Positions 11,685 through 22,346 of a stretch of 64,000 bases of DNA are shown here, one piece after another (the stretch's first letter is position 1; every line of letters starts with the position of its first letter). Under the pieces are notes generated by a model. That model ran no database searches. It was not told the origin of the DNA and saw only the letters and a program-made list of their open reading frames with translations. The stretch lies in assembly GCA_963666285.1 (NCBI GenBank), contig OY762711.1. One strand, written 5' to 3'. A program made the position numbers and the translations under genes. The DNA is from Sedimentisphaerales bacterium. Lineage in GTDB: Bacteria; Planctomycetota; Phycisphaerae; Sedimentisphaerales; SM23-30.

Positions 11685-14381
11685 TTAGGCAGAGAATATA
11701 TTGACTCCTCTCCGAACGAAAAACTTTCTGATTTCCTCTATCCCGAATATCACAAAAGGTGACAGTACAATCACAGGCCATATCCACAGGGGAAGTGGTG
11801 CCGTGGTGAAAAAGTTACCAATTACATCCAAAGGCAGGTAAAGTACCCCAAAAATAAAGGTCAGTTCTACAAGTAAGCCGACAGTAATCCATGAGTTATA
11901 CTTGAAGATATGTCGGACAGCACTCTGTCGGTTGGTTCTACAAGCCATCACGTTCCCTATTTGACAGAAAATAATAGTGACAAGAAACCCTGCTGCTGCT
12001 TGCCGATAGAGCGTAGTTGTAGCCAATAATCTTTCCCCCCAAATCCACGCTCCTCCATTGAGAATAAGAAAAAAAACAACGAAAGAAAGGACAGCTTCGG
12101 CCGGACCTATAATGCCGTAACTTCTCAGAAAGGTCTTCAAGCTAACCAGCCGTTCAGTTCTTCTCCTGGGTGGCCGCATCATAATGTCCGGCTCAGGCGG
12201 TTCATTACCCAAACCAATAGCAGGGAGGATATCCGTTATAAGGTCTATAGACAAGATTTGTATGACGGTGATCGGTAGAGGAATGGGAAAGAGGACATAT
12301 AATATGAAGGGTAAGATCTCTGGTATGTTGCTCGTAAGAATATAGGTAATGAACTTCTTGATATTATCATAGACGGCACGCCCCTCCTCGATCGCATTTA
12401 CTATGGTAGCGAAGTTATCATCCAAAAGGATAATATCGGAAGCCTCCTTAGCCACATCAGTTCCACTCAAACCCATCGAAACTCCAATATCAGCCTTCTT
12501 TAAGGCCGGAGCATCGTTAACTCCATCACCAGTTACAGCTACGACTTCCCCCATCTCTTTCAAAACGTTTACAATCTTTAGTTTTTGCTCTGGTGCTGTT
12601 CTGGCAAAGATTATTTCATAATTATCTTTCAATATCTTCTTAAGGATATCTGCATCCATCTCGTCCAGCTTATCTCCTGTCACAATATAAGGATTCTCGG
12701 CAATTCCGACTTTACGCGTAATGCTTCTCACTGTTTCCGCTTTGTCACCACTTATCACAATCACCCTGACACCGGCATTCTTGCAAGCCTCAACCGCCTT
12801 GGGCACCTCCGGTCTAGGCATGTCCATCATGGCAATAAGGCCTGTGAATACAAGATCATAAGCCTTCGAATCAGGTTCCTTCACCTCCTTGTAAGCGACA
12901 GATAGTACACGAAGGCCATCTTCGGCATACTCATTTGCGATAGATAGTATTTTCTGTTTCTCTTCCACCTTCAGTTCCCGTATCCCAACTTCGGTGTGAA
13001 CCAGGGTACATATATCTAATAAAACTTCCGAAGCTCCCTTTGCCGTCAGGTAGTATGTGTCTCCATCGGTCTTGTAGGTTGAATACATATATTTAGCCTC
13101 AGAGGAGAAAGACTGCCCTCCAACCACCTCAAAATCTGAGCGAATACTATCATATCCCGACATTTTCGCTGCAAACTCAGCCAATGCAACCTCGGTAGGG
13201 TCACCCTTAAACGATTGTTTACCAATTTTATCTGTCGTTACAACAACATCATTACACAAGGTCATTATATCATTAAGAGGCTTCGTTACAGATATCTTCT
13301 TCAATTCTTCCGTCTTATCAGACAAATATTTTGTAAAGTCAAGGTAGATACTGACTACATGGAGCTTATTTTGCGTAAGAGTTCCTGTTTTATCAGTACA
13401 GATGACAGTAGTGGAGCCCAATGTTTCCACCGACAGAATGTTCTTTACAACAGCATGCCGCTTACCCATTCTTGCAGAGGCCTGGGTCAAAGCCAGCGTA
13501 ACAGTAGGGAGAAGTCCCTCAGGAACATTGGCTACTATAATGCCAATGGCAAATATAAGATTGGTCCAGAACGTATTGCCAATCAGGAATCCTACCAGAA
13601 AGAACGTAAAACCCAGAGCAATTGCCAGGTATGTGATCTTTTGTACAAATATCTTGAGCTCTTTCTGCATCGGAGTTAAATCACGCGTTACAGTCTGTGA
13701 CAAGTTGGAAATTGAGCCTATCTTTGTCTCTTTTGCCGTCCTGACGACAAGGATAGTTGCTGAGCCTTTCATAACTGTGGACCCGGAGAATGCCTCGCAT
13801 GATTGCTGGCCCTCTGTCCCAAACTCAGCTTTTTCCAGAGGTTCAGACTCTCCGGTCAATATACTTTCATCTACCATCAGCCCCGTGGACGAGAGAATTA
13901 TCCCATCCGCTGATATCCTATCACCTTCCTGAACAAGGAGTATATCTCCCGGAACAATTTCTTTTGCATTGAGAATATTGCGATTTCCATTACGCACCAG
14001 AGCGACTTGCTTGGGAATATAATCCTGGAATGCCTGCATCAGTTTCTCAACTTTGTACCGCTGAATAAAAGATACAGATGCATTTAAAACAACTACCCCC
14101 AGTAGAGCAAAGCCGATGAAGTTGTAACCCTCACCTGAACTCAGTGTATTTGCAAAAAAACACAATATTGCAGATACCAGCAACAATATTGGAAACATAC
14201 CCTTGAATTCCTCGAACAGCATAACGAATGGAGATATCTCCCGATGAAATACAAGTTGGTTAAGACCATACTTATTCTTTCTCCTTGTCACCTCATCAGA
14301 CATCAGCCCATTTGCAGTTGAGCCCAGAGACTTTAACAATTCCTCCTTGGTTTTTCCCTCGAATTCAATAAATATACCCAT
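11685..14381 (-). CDS. P2-type cation-transporting ATPase
   Basis: TGES, VANVPEGL, DKTGTLT, GDGVNDAPAL. Confidence 0.95.
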   Translation of the reverse strand: MGIFIEFEGKTKEELLKSLGSTANGLMSDEVTRRKNKYGLNQLVFHREISPFVMLFEEFKGMFPILLLVSAILCFFANTLSSGEGYNFIGFALLGVVVLNASVSFIQRYKVEKLMQAFQDYIPKQVALVRNGNRNILNAKEIVPGDILLVQEGDRISADGIILSSTGLMVDESILTGESEPLEKAEFGTEGQQSCEAFSGSTVMKGSATILVVRTAKETKIGSISNLSQTVTRDLTPMQKELKIFVQKITYLAIALGFTFFLVGFLIGNTFWTNLIFAIGIIVANVPEGLLPTVTLALTQASARMGKRHAVVKNILSVETLGSTTVICTDKTGTLTQNKLHVVSIYLDFTKYLSDKTEELKKISVTKPLNDIMTLCNDVVVTTDKIGKQSFKGDPTEVALAEFAAKMSGYDSIRSDFEVVGGQSFSSEAKYMYSTYKTDGDTYYLTAKGASEVLLDICTLVHTEVGIRELKVEEKQKILSIANEYAEDGLRVLSVAYKEVKEPDSKAYDLVFTGLIAMMDMPRPEVPKAVEACKNAGVRVIVISGDKAETVRSITRKVGIAENPYIVTGDKLDEMDADILKKILKDNYEIIFARTAPEQKLKIVNVLKEMGEVVAVTGDGVNDAPALKKADIGVSMGLSGTDVAKEASDIILLDDNFATIVNAIEEGRAVYDNIKKFITYILTSNIPEILPFILYVLFPIPLPITVIQILSIDLITDILPAIGLGNEPPEPDIMMRPPRRRTERLVSLKTFLRSYGIIGPAEAVLSFVVFFLILNGGAWIWGERLLATTTLYRQAAAGFLVTIIFCQIGNVMACRTNRQSAVRHIFKYNSWITVGLLVELTFIFGVLYLPLDVIGNFFTTAPLPLWIWPVIVLSPFVIFGIEEIRKFFVRRGVNIFSA

Positions 14382-14687
14382 TGACCTTACCTTCCTGTCG
14401 AAAGACTATCATTACTCTCCTAGCAGGAATATCTTCCATCACAAATAAAAATATCGTACAAATTGGCCTTTACCTCCGAAAGTAATTGAAGTAATATGTC
14501 GCAATATTACATAAAGTTATCACACAACTCATTCTATCATTGCTAACTCAGAACCTTTCGACATCTTCGCCGTAAACTATTAATTACCTCTAGTTTCCAA
14601 AATTCCCATCAATACATTAAAACAACATAAAATAAGACATATACCCACATATAGTCAATAGCATTAAATGCATAAATTTAGATTAAT

Positions 14688-14912
14688 TCAGCTATTTTCC
14701 TTAGACTTAGCTGGTATATGTAAAACATGGCTGGCTATAATAAGTCCTCCAACAATCCCCATTACAAATGTCAGTAAAAGCAAAAGGACTCTCGGCATTG
14801 TTACAGTCACAAAGAGTAACCTGGTCTCAACAGCTTGCGTGTTTTGAATAGAAACAATCAGAGTCAGTAGTAAAATTCCAACTATAATAATTATTTTTAT
14901 TTTATCTTTCAC
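14688..14912 (-). CDS. LapA/DUF1049-like small membrane protein
   Basis: Two hydrophobic segments around QNTQAVETRLLF. Confidence 0.65.
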   Translation of the reverse strand: MKDKIKIIIIVGILLLTLIVSIQNTQAVETRLLFVTVTMPRVLLLLLTFVMGIVGGLIIASHVLHIPAKSKENS

Positions 14913-15070
14913 TGCATAATCCCCTACGATTCACATTAAAACTAGTTTGACATTGACGCCGAAGTAGAGATACGCCTTATATAGTAAATACTGAAAGCTG
15001 TATCAGAAGTTGTCAACAGGAGAGTCTGAGTCTATCAGTACAAGTCATAATTTACATTAGCACGAAATCA

Positions 15071-15523
15071 TTACTGGCTTTTTATTTTTACTTTTAATGG
15101 TTTTATTTTTTCGTTTTTGGGTACAGTTATGGTAAGTACACCGTCTTTACAAGTAGCCTCGATTCTGGCAGGATCAACTTCAACTGCCAGATTTAGATCA
15201 CGTCTAAAGTTACCATAGGACCTTTCTGTATGATAATATCCTTTCTCTATTCTCTCCTCTTCAGTTTTCTTTTCACCGCTGATGGTCAATATATTCCCGT
15301 GTACAGATATATTAACATCCTCAGCTTTGCATCCCGCAACTTCAGCCTTTACAATAAATTCGTTATCTTTTTCGGCAATGTCAATTACTGGCCAGTGACT
15401 ATCGTCCCAGACTGGCCGGCCACCGTCTCCCATAATTATTCTAATAAAATTATCCATCTCATTATGAAGTCTCGATAACTCAGCTCTACCTCTTTCAATT
15501 TTGTTTATAGGTAATAGTACCAT
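15071..15523 (-). CDS. Hsp20/alpha-crystallin small heat-shock protein
   Basis: LTISGEK, ERSYGNFRR, DGVLTITVPK. Confidence 0.92.
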   Translation of the reverse strand: MVLLPINKIERGRAELSRLHNEMDNFIRIIMGDGGRPVWDDSHWPVIDIAEKDNEFIVKAEVAGCKAEDVNISVHGNILTISGEKKTEEERIEKGYYHTERSYGNFRRDLNLAVEVDPARIEATCKDGVLTITVPKNEKIKPLKVKIKSQ

Positions 15524-15609
15524 GATAAGCCCCTTTGTTGAACATTTACATATTCTGTTTGGTTAAATATAATTTATATTTCGATTTGTTTACTTAGATT
15601 AGTACAAAG

Positions 15610-16125
15610 CTAAACTTTATGAAATTCTGTCTCAATAACATTTGTATTCACTAGTATCTGACTGGCTTTTTCTACTTCCTCTGATGTGCCATGAACAATC
15701 AAAAGAAATTTATTTGATTTAAGAGAAGTTTCGTATTTCAGGACACTATCTTTGGGAATACCTACGCTATACATAGCAGCCCCGACAACACTTAAGCTTC
15801 CTCCAACTGCAGCACCTTCAATCGCTCCAATTATCCAGGATACTAATGGACCTCCAACGACTATTGGCCCAATACCTGGGATAAAAAAGAATGCAGATCC
15901 AAATAGTAACCCCCACATTCCTCCCCAGAAAGCCCCAAGTTTCCCCCAATACTTAATGCGGTCACCTGAATTATAATATCCTACTACATGCTCATTAGAG
16001 TGATAATCTTTGCCTACTATAGACAACTTTTTTATATCAAATCCAGACTTCTGCAGTTCCTTAACTGCTTTTTCGGCATCTTTATGACCATCAAAAATAG
16101 CAACATTTGTATTTTTTTTTGACAT
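15610..16125 (-). CDS. General stress protein (17M/DUF1269-like)
   Basis: ELQKSGFDIKKLSIVGKD, glycine-rich hydrophobic core, IPGIGP. Confidence 0.75.
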   Translation of the reverse strand: MSKKNTNVAIFDGHKDAEKAVKELQKSGFDIKKLSIVGKDYHSNEHVVGYYNSGDRIKYWGKLGAFWGGMWGLLFGSAFFFIPGIGPIVVGGPLVSWIIGAIEGAAVGGSLSVVGAAMYSVGIPKDSVLKYETSLKSNKFLLIVHGTSEEVEKASQILVNTNVIETEFHKV

Positions 16126-16672
16126 TAAACATCTCCATTCTTGTCATTATTTATTGTTATATATAATAATGTTTGCATTACAAACATACTTTGAACCTTA
16201 ATAACATAATCAGATATTAATAATATTATATTTAATGAATTTGTAAATCAGAGTAGACTCTTTTCTTAATGTAGGTCATATTACTTCTTTTGGTATCAGG
16301 AATATCAGAATGTAGTTCAGACATTAGATTGCATTAGTTCTAAAATGTTTCAAATTGGTAAACGATCAAGATTTTTAAAATTTATCTTACATTCCACTAT
16401 TAATAGAATGGCACTTAAACTCAACTTTATGACACAAATATAGTCATTTTATCCGACAAAAGATTGAAACTCGTATTTGATTTACTATTACTATTTTCCT
16501 GCTATCATAAGACTATATTAAACATTGTAAGCGTTAAACTCTGCGAAAGACAAACTCTGGTATTTTTTACCAGAATAAATCATTGTCATTACATAAGAAT
16601 CAAAACCCTATAGGAATAATTGTATTGATGCTAAACTTAGACATGATTACCTAGAAGCAACCGGATATTAAT

Positions 16673-17011
16673 ATGAAAATTGCAATAATATCAACAGGAC
16701 CCAAAATAGATGATTCGATTGGAACAGTGCCTGATTCGAGTCCCTACTGGCTGTTTGTTGCTCTTGAAACAATGAAATGTGAGGCAATGCCAAACCCTTT
16801 AACAAGCATAGGTGGACCCGCCAAACTACAATTGATCATTCAACAATAGCCAAGTAAAATATATTTTTGCTGGCGGTTACGGCACTATCCAATTAAAAGA
16901 GCTTAAAAAAAACGGAATCAAAGTGCTTTTTGGACTGAAAGGGTCTGTAAGAAAAACCGTTGAAAAATCTCATCGGCGAAACTGTATTTTAGCCCCTTAT
17001 ATAAAAGGTTG
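16673..17011 (+). pseudogene. NifB/NifX-family (FeMo-cofactor-binding-like) pseudogene
   Basis: MKIAIISTG... ends at TAG 16847-16849; family-like sequence resumes as IFAGGYG...LKKNGIKVLFGLKGSVRKTV; end coordinate approximate. Confidence 0.6.
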
Positions 17012-17060
17012 ATTATTTCACTGACAGACTCGTATTATATGGCATCCGTCCACCATACCA

Positions 17061-17624
17061 TTATACATCTTCTTGCTTATCACCCACTCTCTGCACAACG
17101 CGTATATTTCCCAGCATTTCCTTCAACCGTTCCATCCGTTCCTGTGGTGTCAATTCCAGAATATCCTGCCTCACTAACTGCTTACACTGCCCGCCGCTGC
17201 TTTGATTAGCATCTTTACCATACTTATCAGGCATGCGTGCTGCCAGGAACTTTGATATTGCTGAAACATTTGGTGGTACATGAACCTCCTGCTTTACAGT
17301 CTTGAGCCTTTCAATAGGAATTTGACTGCCATCATTTGCAATCACCACATCATTTACCACTTCTTCCCTGGACTTAATATAATTATACCCCATACATCGC
17401 TTAATAAGCTTGTTTTCAACTTTCTCGGTGGCAAATTCACTTTTACCTTCATTTACCGCCTCCCGAAACTCTAGATACTTTTTCATCCAGTTATCCCAGG
17501 TTCTGTGAGTTATCTCCATAAATTCACAAATACAGTTGATCTTCCAGCCCAGCTTCAATAATTTCTTGGCTATCTTTGGCATGTGATGATTATATTTTGA
17601 TTGATTATCAGTTAACTTGCTCAT
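17061..17624 (-). CDS. Phage terminase small subunit-like HTH protein
   Basis: N-terminal HTH (ITHRTWDNWMKKY), VENKLIKRCMGY, HVPPNVSAISKFLAARMPDKY. Confidence 0.6.
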   Translation of the reverse strand: MSKLTDNQSKYNHHMPKIAKKLLKLGWKINCICEFMEITHRTWDNWMKKYLEFREAVNEGKSEFATEKVENKLIKRCMGYNYIKSREEVVNDVVIANDGSQIPIERLKTVKQEVHVPPNVSAISKFLAARMPDKYGKDANQSSGGQCKQLVRQDILELTPQERMERLKEMLGNIRVVQRVGDKQEDV

Positions 17625-17730
17625 TATTTTGTTTTCTCTCTTATCTTATATATTATATTATTCGCTATAGCTCTGCTCATGGCCTAATATTATTACCAGA
17701 CCACAGAGCAGAACCATACAAAATACTGTA

Positions 17731-18819
17731 TTACAGCTTTCCCCAATCCAACTCGGATATTCTACTTTCCTGCAATCTGGCAAATTCAGCCATTGATAAC
17801 GGTTCAACATAATGTCGAACAGTGGTCATCAGATTCTTATGCCCGGCCATCTGCTGCACCCAGCATAAATCAAAACCGGCACGCTTCCACCTGGAAATAC
17901 AACTCTTTCGCAAATCATGCAAAGTGTAAAGATTCCAGCCGATGTTATCAACCAGCCCGGAATTTCGACATATAATACCAAATCTTGTACTGGCCTGATC
18001 GCTACACCGCTGTGTCATATTACCTCTGGCTGAAATATCTCTCACAACAAACTCACCAGAGAGATCACATCTCTGCAAATAACTATACAGAGTATCAAAT
18101 ATGCGTACCTCTCTGCCGTTACCGGTTTTAGTACGCCATCTTTTATCCTTATAGCTATAAACATAGATGATTCGCTTTTCCATATCTATATCACATGGCC
18201 TGAGTCCCAGAATCTCACCTATCCGCAAACCGGCATAATAGCCCAAATACAATATCAAACGCCAAGCATCTGTTGGACATGCCGAGAGTAGTTTTTCGAA
18301 CTCACTTTCTGAGATTACCCGAACAGGTTTCTCATCAACCGATAATTTTAACGGAGCTTTACAACTGGCACGTAATGACCTGCTGGCAGCTCTTGAAGCG
18401 ACCGGATTATCTTTGATATAGCCAAGATCAACTGCCCGATACAACGCCGCCTTCAAAACAGTTAACTCACTATTAAATGTTGATGCCTGTATTCCTGATT
18501 CAATACGCCTGTTGCGATATTGAAGCATCAACTCATAGCTCACATCCAACAGCAAATCAGGCTGAAACATCTCAGTTATCCTTCGATAAAGACCTTCAAG
18601 CTTAAGCACAGTACTTCCCCTTACCTGGGCTGAATAATTATTCAGGTCAAGCTCAACCCAGTCATCCCAAAGTACTCCTTTAGCTCTAACCTTTCGCATC
18701 TTGCGAATTTCACTATAATCTAACCCTTCCGGCAGATAATAAGTCTTTTCCTGACCATTTTCCTGCCAGCGTTCATAATACCGATCTTTTGATCTATCAT
18801 AAAATATTGATTTTAACAT
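17731..18819 (-). CDS. Tyrosine recombinase/integrase
   Basis: GLRIGE, HDLRKS, AGHKNLMTTVRHY catalytic set. Confidence 0.92.
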   Translation of the reverse strand: MLKSIFYDRSKDRYYERWQENGQEKTYYLPEGLDYSEIRKMRKVRAKGVLWDDWVELDLNNYSAQVRGSTVLKLEGLYRRITEMFQPDLLLDVSYELMLQYRNRRIESGIQASTFNSELTVLKAALYRAVDLGYIKDNPVASRAASRSLRASCKAPLKLSVDEKPVRVISESEFEKLLSACPTDAWRLILYLGYYAGLRIGEILGLRPCDIDMEKRIIYVYSYKDKRWRTKTGNGREVRIFDTLYSYLQRCDLSGEFVVRDISARGNMTQRCSDQASTRFGIICRNSGLVDNIGWNLYTLHDLRKSCISRWKRAGFDLCWVQQMAGHKNLMTTVRHYVEPLSMAEFARLQESRISELDWGKL

Positions 18820-19222
18820 CGTAAAATCCTTTCGTATTTATATTCACGCAAACTTCCAGTGGAAATTTTACTGATGTCACATATAAATAGCTGGAAAACC
18901 ATACTTTTTCAGACATTGCCGAGATACTAACCTGAGCTTTTGACGTAATTTCTTTAGTATTCCTGGTTTCTCTTGCCTGTCAATAAAGCAACTATATTCT
19001 TCTATAAGAACTTTGTTACTATTTTGAAAAACCACTGCTTCCAAACCATAAAAATGAGACGCAAATATTACATAAAAACTAACAAATAATACACTTACAA
19101 ACATATAGAACCCAAGTTCAAAACAAGCATTACAAACCAATGTAATACATGTAATACTTGCAGCATTACTTGAACCTGGCTTGCAAAACTGACAACAGAT
19201 AAACACTCCATATCCCGAAACC

Positions 19223-19460
19223 TTCGACAATTCGACAATAAGACTTAAACCTCTGTCAATAAAGCAGATAAAATGTCGAACACCTTTTTCGACATTTCGA
19301 CAATAAAAACTCTTACCACTACCAATCTGGACATGCCAAAACCAATTAGCATTACCAAATCGCTGTTTTAATGTCGAATTGTCGAATTTTGGTTTTAATC
19401 GTTCTGACATTTTATCCCCTTATATATCAATGACTTATCCTTTATTGTCGAATTGTCGAA
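19223..19460. repeat. Iteron-like array, putative replication origin of the element
   Basis: Nine WTGTCGAA/TTCGACAW 8-mers, mostly in tandem pairs, immediately downstream of the primase gene. Confidence 0.7.
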
Positions 19461-19466
19461 TAATTC

Positions 19467-21749
19467 CTAAGAGTACAGAAAAAATACCGGCCCACGCTTT
19501 TTACCTTTGCCATTCCTGACATGCTCCCTAATCCTGCCGACACCTACCTTTTCAAGCTGTTCAAAATACTTGCGTGCCATAGCAGAGGTGTATTTCAGGG
19601 ATTTATGGCGAACCCAATCGCGAACAGTAACCTGACCACCATTATTCTGGATCCAGCGAATATCCTTGATAAATTCTTTCTTATCATCAACCAAAATAAG
19701 ATTGTTAACCTTATAAGCCTGATCCATAAACCAAGAACACATCCTGATAGCTTCGGACATAGTTTCTTCTGAAACCATATCACCACTATGCAAACCATAA
19801 GCAGCTTTTAACTCATGCAGGATAAGAGCAATCCTTGCGGCATAACTATCAGCCTTGCCTAGTATTGACTCCAGTATGCCGCCATGCTTGATAGCCTTAT
19901 CCTTACTCTGGTCATGGAATCTGCCGAACAGACAGGATGCCTCCGGTGAAAACTTCACGGTTTCAGGAGTAACACTATCAACATGCTTCCAACTTCGTTT
20001 CAGAAGCTTCAGATATATACGCTTCAAATCATCGATCAGATATTGAGGTACTCCAGATTCTGTCCATGAAGTTCTTTTGCTCTCAGGAACAGCATACAGA
20101 AACCTCGCCGCCATTCCATTATAAGAGTTTTCACCTCTCAATGATGAAGCCAATACTTCTGGCTGAATAGTACCTACAACACTGACAAATGATTTTTCAA
20201 CAGAGATAGCTGGTTTATCACTACTCTTTCGGTCAACAGTAATTTGACTCGCTCGCCATATACTAAGCCAGTTCTGCTTATCATCTCCACCAGCTTTATA
20301 CTTATTGAATGAATTAAACCATCCAGCTAGTTCATCTCTATGTAAAAGCAGACCATGTGGATTTTCTGATAGTTTGTTGGCTAATGCCTCAACTGTAATA
20401 TCTGATACTATCAACCTCTGAGAATATGGCGGCTTATTGAATTCACCATCAATATCACCTGAACCCTGTAAATCTAACAGATTCTGATGCGATTGATTAA
20501 GAATCAGATTCTCCAGGTCATAAAGAGGCTGCAAGATAGAATTTAATGCCGGGCTTTTACCAACTGAACTTCCCGCCACTAGAGCCCCCCAGACAGCGGC
20601 AGGTTCATACCATCCTTCCTTAACCTGCAATTGCCTGGTGTTACCTATTGCAGCTGAAACCGCACACAATAAAGCCAAAGCTGGCATAGATTCATCACAT
20701 CCAATAGATTCTGCTATACATTCGATTGTTTCTTTTGCCTTTTCCGGCAGGCAATCAGTTGGAAATGGCTTGTTTTCTGTTGCTATATTACTACAAGGCT
20801 TATACTCTTGAGCCTCAGATATAGCTGATAATATCTTGTCAACTATCTTGTCAACAGAAACACCTTTTTGTTCACATTTTTCTATAAAGTCATAAGCATC
20901 TTCACCTGGCTCAGTTATTCCAAGAACGTCCGGGTCAAGTATTCTGATTTCCGACTCTGGTATCATACCATCCAGCAGCCATGCTACATTGTTGGCATAA
21001 TCCATACCAGGATCATCATTATCCGGCCAGATAATTACTTTTTTTCCTGCCAGAATGGACCAGTCTGATTTATCTGAACCATTACTGCCTCCTGCACTGG
21101 TTGTAGCAGGCAAGCCGATACTCCATAAAGCGTCGGCAGTTTTTTCGCCTTCACAGACAAACACCATAGGTACTTTGGCTATTTCAACTGCCTTATATAA
21201 TGGAATATCGCTACTTAAACCTTTAATAACATAGCGATAATCCTCTGTAATCACCTGCCTGAAAGTCTTTACACCATTTTTATCTACTAAACGATATACG
21301 TACAAAACTACCACTTCTGTATCTGGACATTCATATACATATTCATTTTCTATCTTATAACCCTGATATTCGAAAAGTCTTTCAATATCTTCCAGGCTTT
21401 CATACATTTTGTTATCACTTTGTTTATTTATCTGTTTATTGTTTACCGGCATTTTATTGCCCTCCTGTTGATTTGAATCTGAATTAACATACTTAGCGAT
21501 AACTTCTCCTGAAGTCCTGCCTTCGATTTCAGCTAATGCTGTATATACATCACCTTTTGCGCCGCAGGCATAACATTTATAGAACCATATATGGTTATCA
21601 CCCTGAAAAATATGTGCTGATGGGTTGCTGTCATTATGAAATGGGCATCGAAAATAACTGCTGCCCTCATGCCGAAATTCCGCCCCAGCTCTGATTAGAG
21701 TCTGTCTCAAAAATGATTCATCCTGCTGCAATTTAATTTTATTATCCAT
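19467..21749 (-). CDS. Primase/replication protein: CHC2 zinc finger + TOPRIM + DUF3987
   Basis: CPFHNDSNPS...CYAC, VCEGEKTAD, WPDNDDPG, GSSVGKS P-loop, RDELAGW. Confidence 0.85.
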   Translation of the reverse strand: MDNKIKLQQDESFLRQTLIRAGAEFRHEGSSYFRCPFHNDSNPSAHIFQGDNHIWFYKCYACGAKGDVYTALAEIEGRTSGEVIAKYVNSDSNQQEGNKMPVNNKQINKQSDNKMYESLEDIERLFEYQGYKIENEYVYECPDTEVVVLYVYRLVDKNGVKTFRQVITEDYRYVIKGLSSDIPLYKAVEIAKVPMVFVCEGEKTADALWSIGLPATTSAGGSNGSDKSDWSILAGKKVIIWPDNDDPGMDYANNVAWLLDGMIPESEIRILDPDVLGITEPGEDAYDFIEKCEQKGVSVDKIVDKILSAISEAQEYKPCSNIATENKPFPTDCLPEKAKETIECIAESIGCDESMPALALLCAVSAAIGNTRQLQVKEGWYEPAAVWGALVAGSSVGKSPALNSILQPLYDLENLILNQSHQNLLDLQGSGDIDGEFNKPPYSQRLIVSDITVEALANKLSENPHGLLLHRDELAGWFNSFNKYKAGGDDKQNWLSIWRASQITVDRKSSDKPAISVEKSFVSVVGTIQPEVLASSLRGENSYNGMAARFLYAVPESKRTSWTESGVPQYLIDDLKRIYLKLLKRSWKHVDSVTPETVKFSPEASCLFGRFHDQSKDKAIKHGGILESILGKADSYAARIALILHELKAAYGLHSGDMVSEETMSEAIRMCSWFMDQAYKVNNLILVDDKKEFIKDIRWIQNNGGQVTVRDWVRHKSLKYTSAMARKYFEQLEKVGVGRIREHVRNGKGKKRGPVFFLYS

Positions 21750-22081
21750 TAAAGTACTCCTTCCTCTCTCAAAAATCTTTCTGTTTCAGTCATACGTTCA
21801 TCTTTGAACTTATCCGGTTTTACTGCCGGAACCTGCATCTGCTCCTGCTGCTCGAAATACTCAGTGTCAGCTTTTGCCAGTGAACTGAAAAACTGCTCAA
21901 TTGCATCTTCTGTCACATATATCTTGCCGCCGATCCGACAATGCTCCATGCGGACAATATTACCGTTGCGAGCCTTCAAACCTCGTCTGCACCACCGCCA
22001 GAATGCGTTGGTACTAGGCTTACTTGGGATCATCTCAACCGCTTCACTTAATGATAGATATGAAAACATAACTACCTCCAT
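21749..22081 (-). CDS. DUF1580-like HTH protein (excisionase/regulator-like)
   Basis: FWRWCRRG...RIGGKIYVTEDAIEQFF; its stop overlaps the primase ATG. Confidence 0.7.
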   Translation of the reverse strand: MEVVMFSYLSLSEAVEMIPSKPSTNAFWRWCRRGLKARNGNIVRMEHCRIGGKIYVTEDAIEQFFSSLAKADTEYFEQQEQMQVPAVKPDKFKDERMTETERFLREEGVL

Positions 22082-22346
22082 AGAACTATGGAATACAACC
22101 TTTTGTATTCCTGTTTGCTTTATGCCCTGCTTTACACATTTTGCAAGGCTTTCACAAACGGGTGCCTGGGGTAGGTTTAAATAAAAAATGCAGCAGTAAC
22201 CCGAAAGTTACTACTGCATTTGTGATATTAAAAACATTAAAAGCCTAGAAGTACCTTACGTAAACAATTGCACCAAAAAGACTTACGTTAAACACTACCA
22301 ACCTGTAAATTTTTCATTATATTTTTTTAATTTTATTGTTTCATAC

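Noticed and set aside
18877..19410. 177-aa ORF between the primase and the second integrase
   Set aside because: No recognisable motif, odd composition, and it overlies the 8-mer repeat array; more likely non-coding origin DNA.
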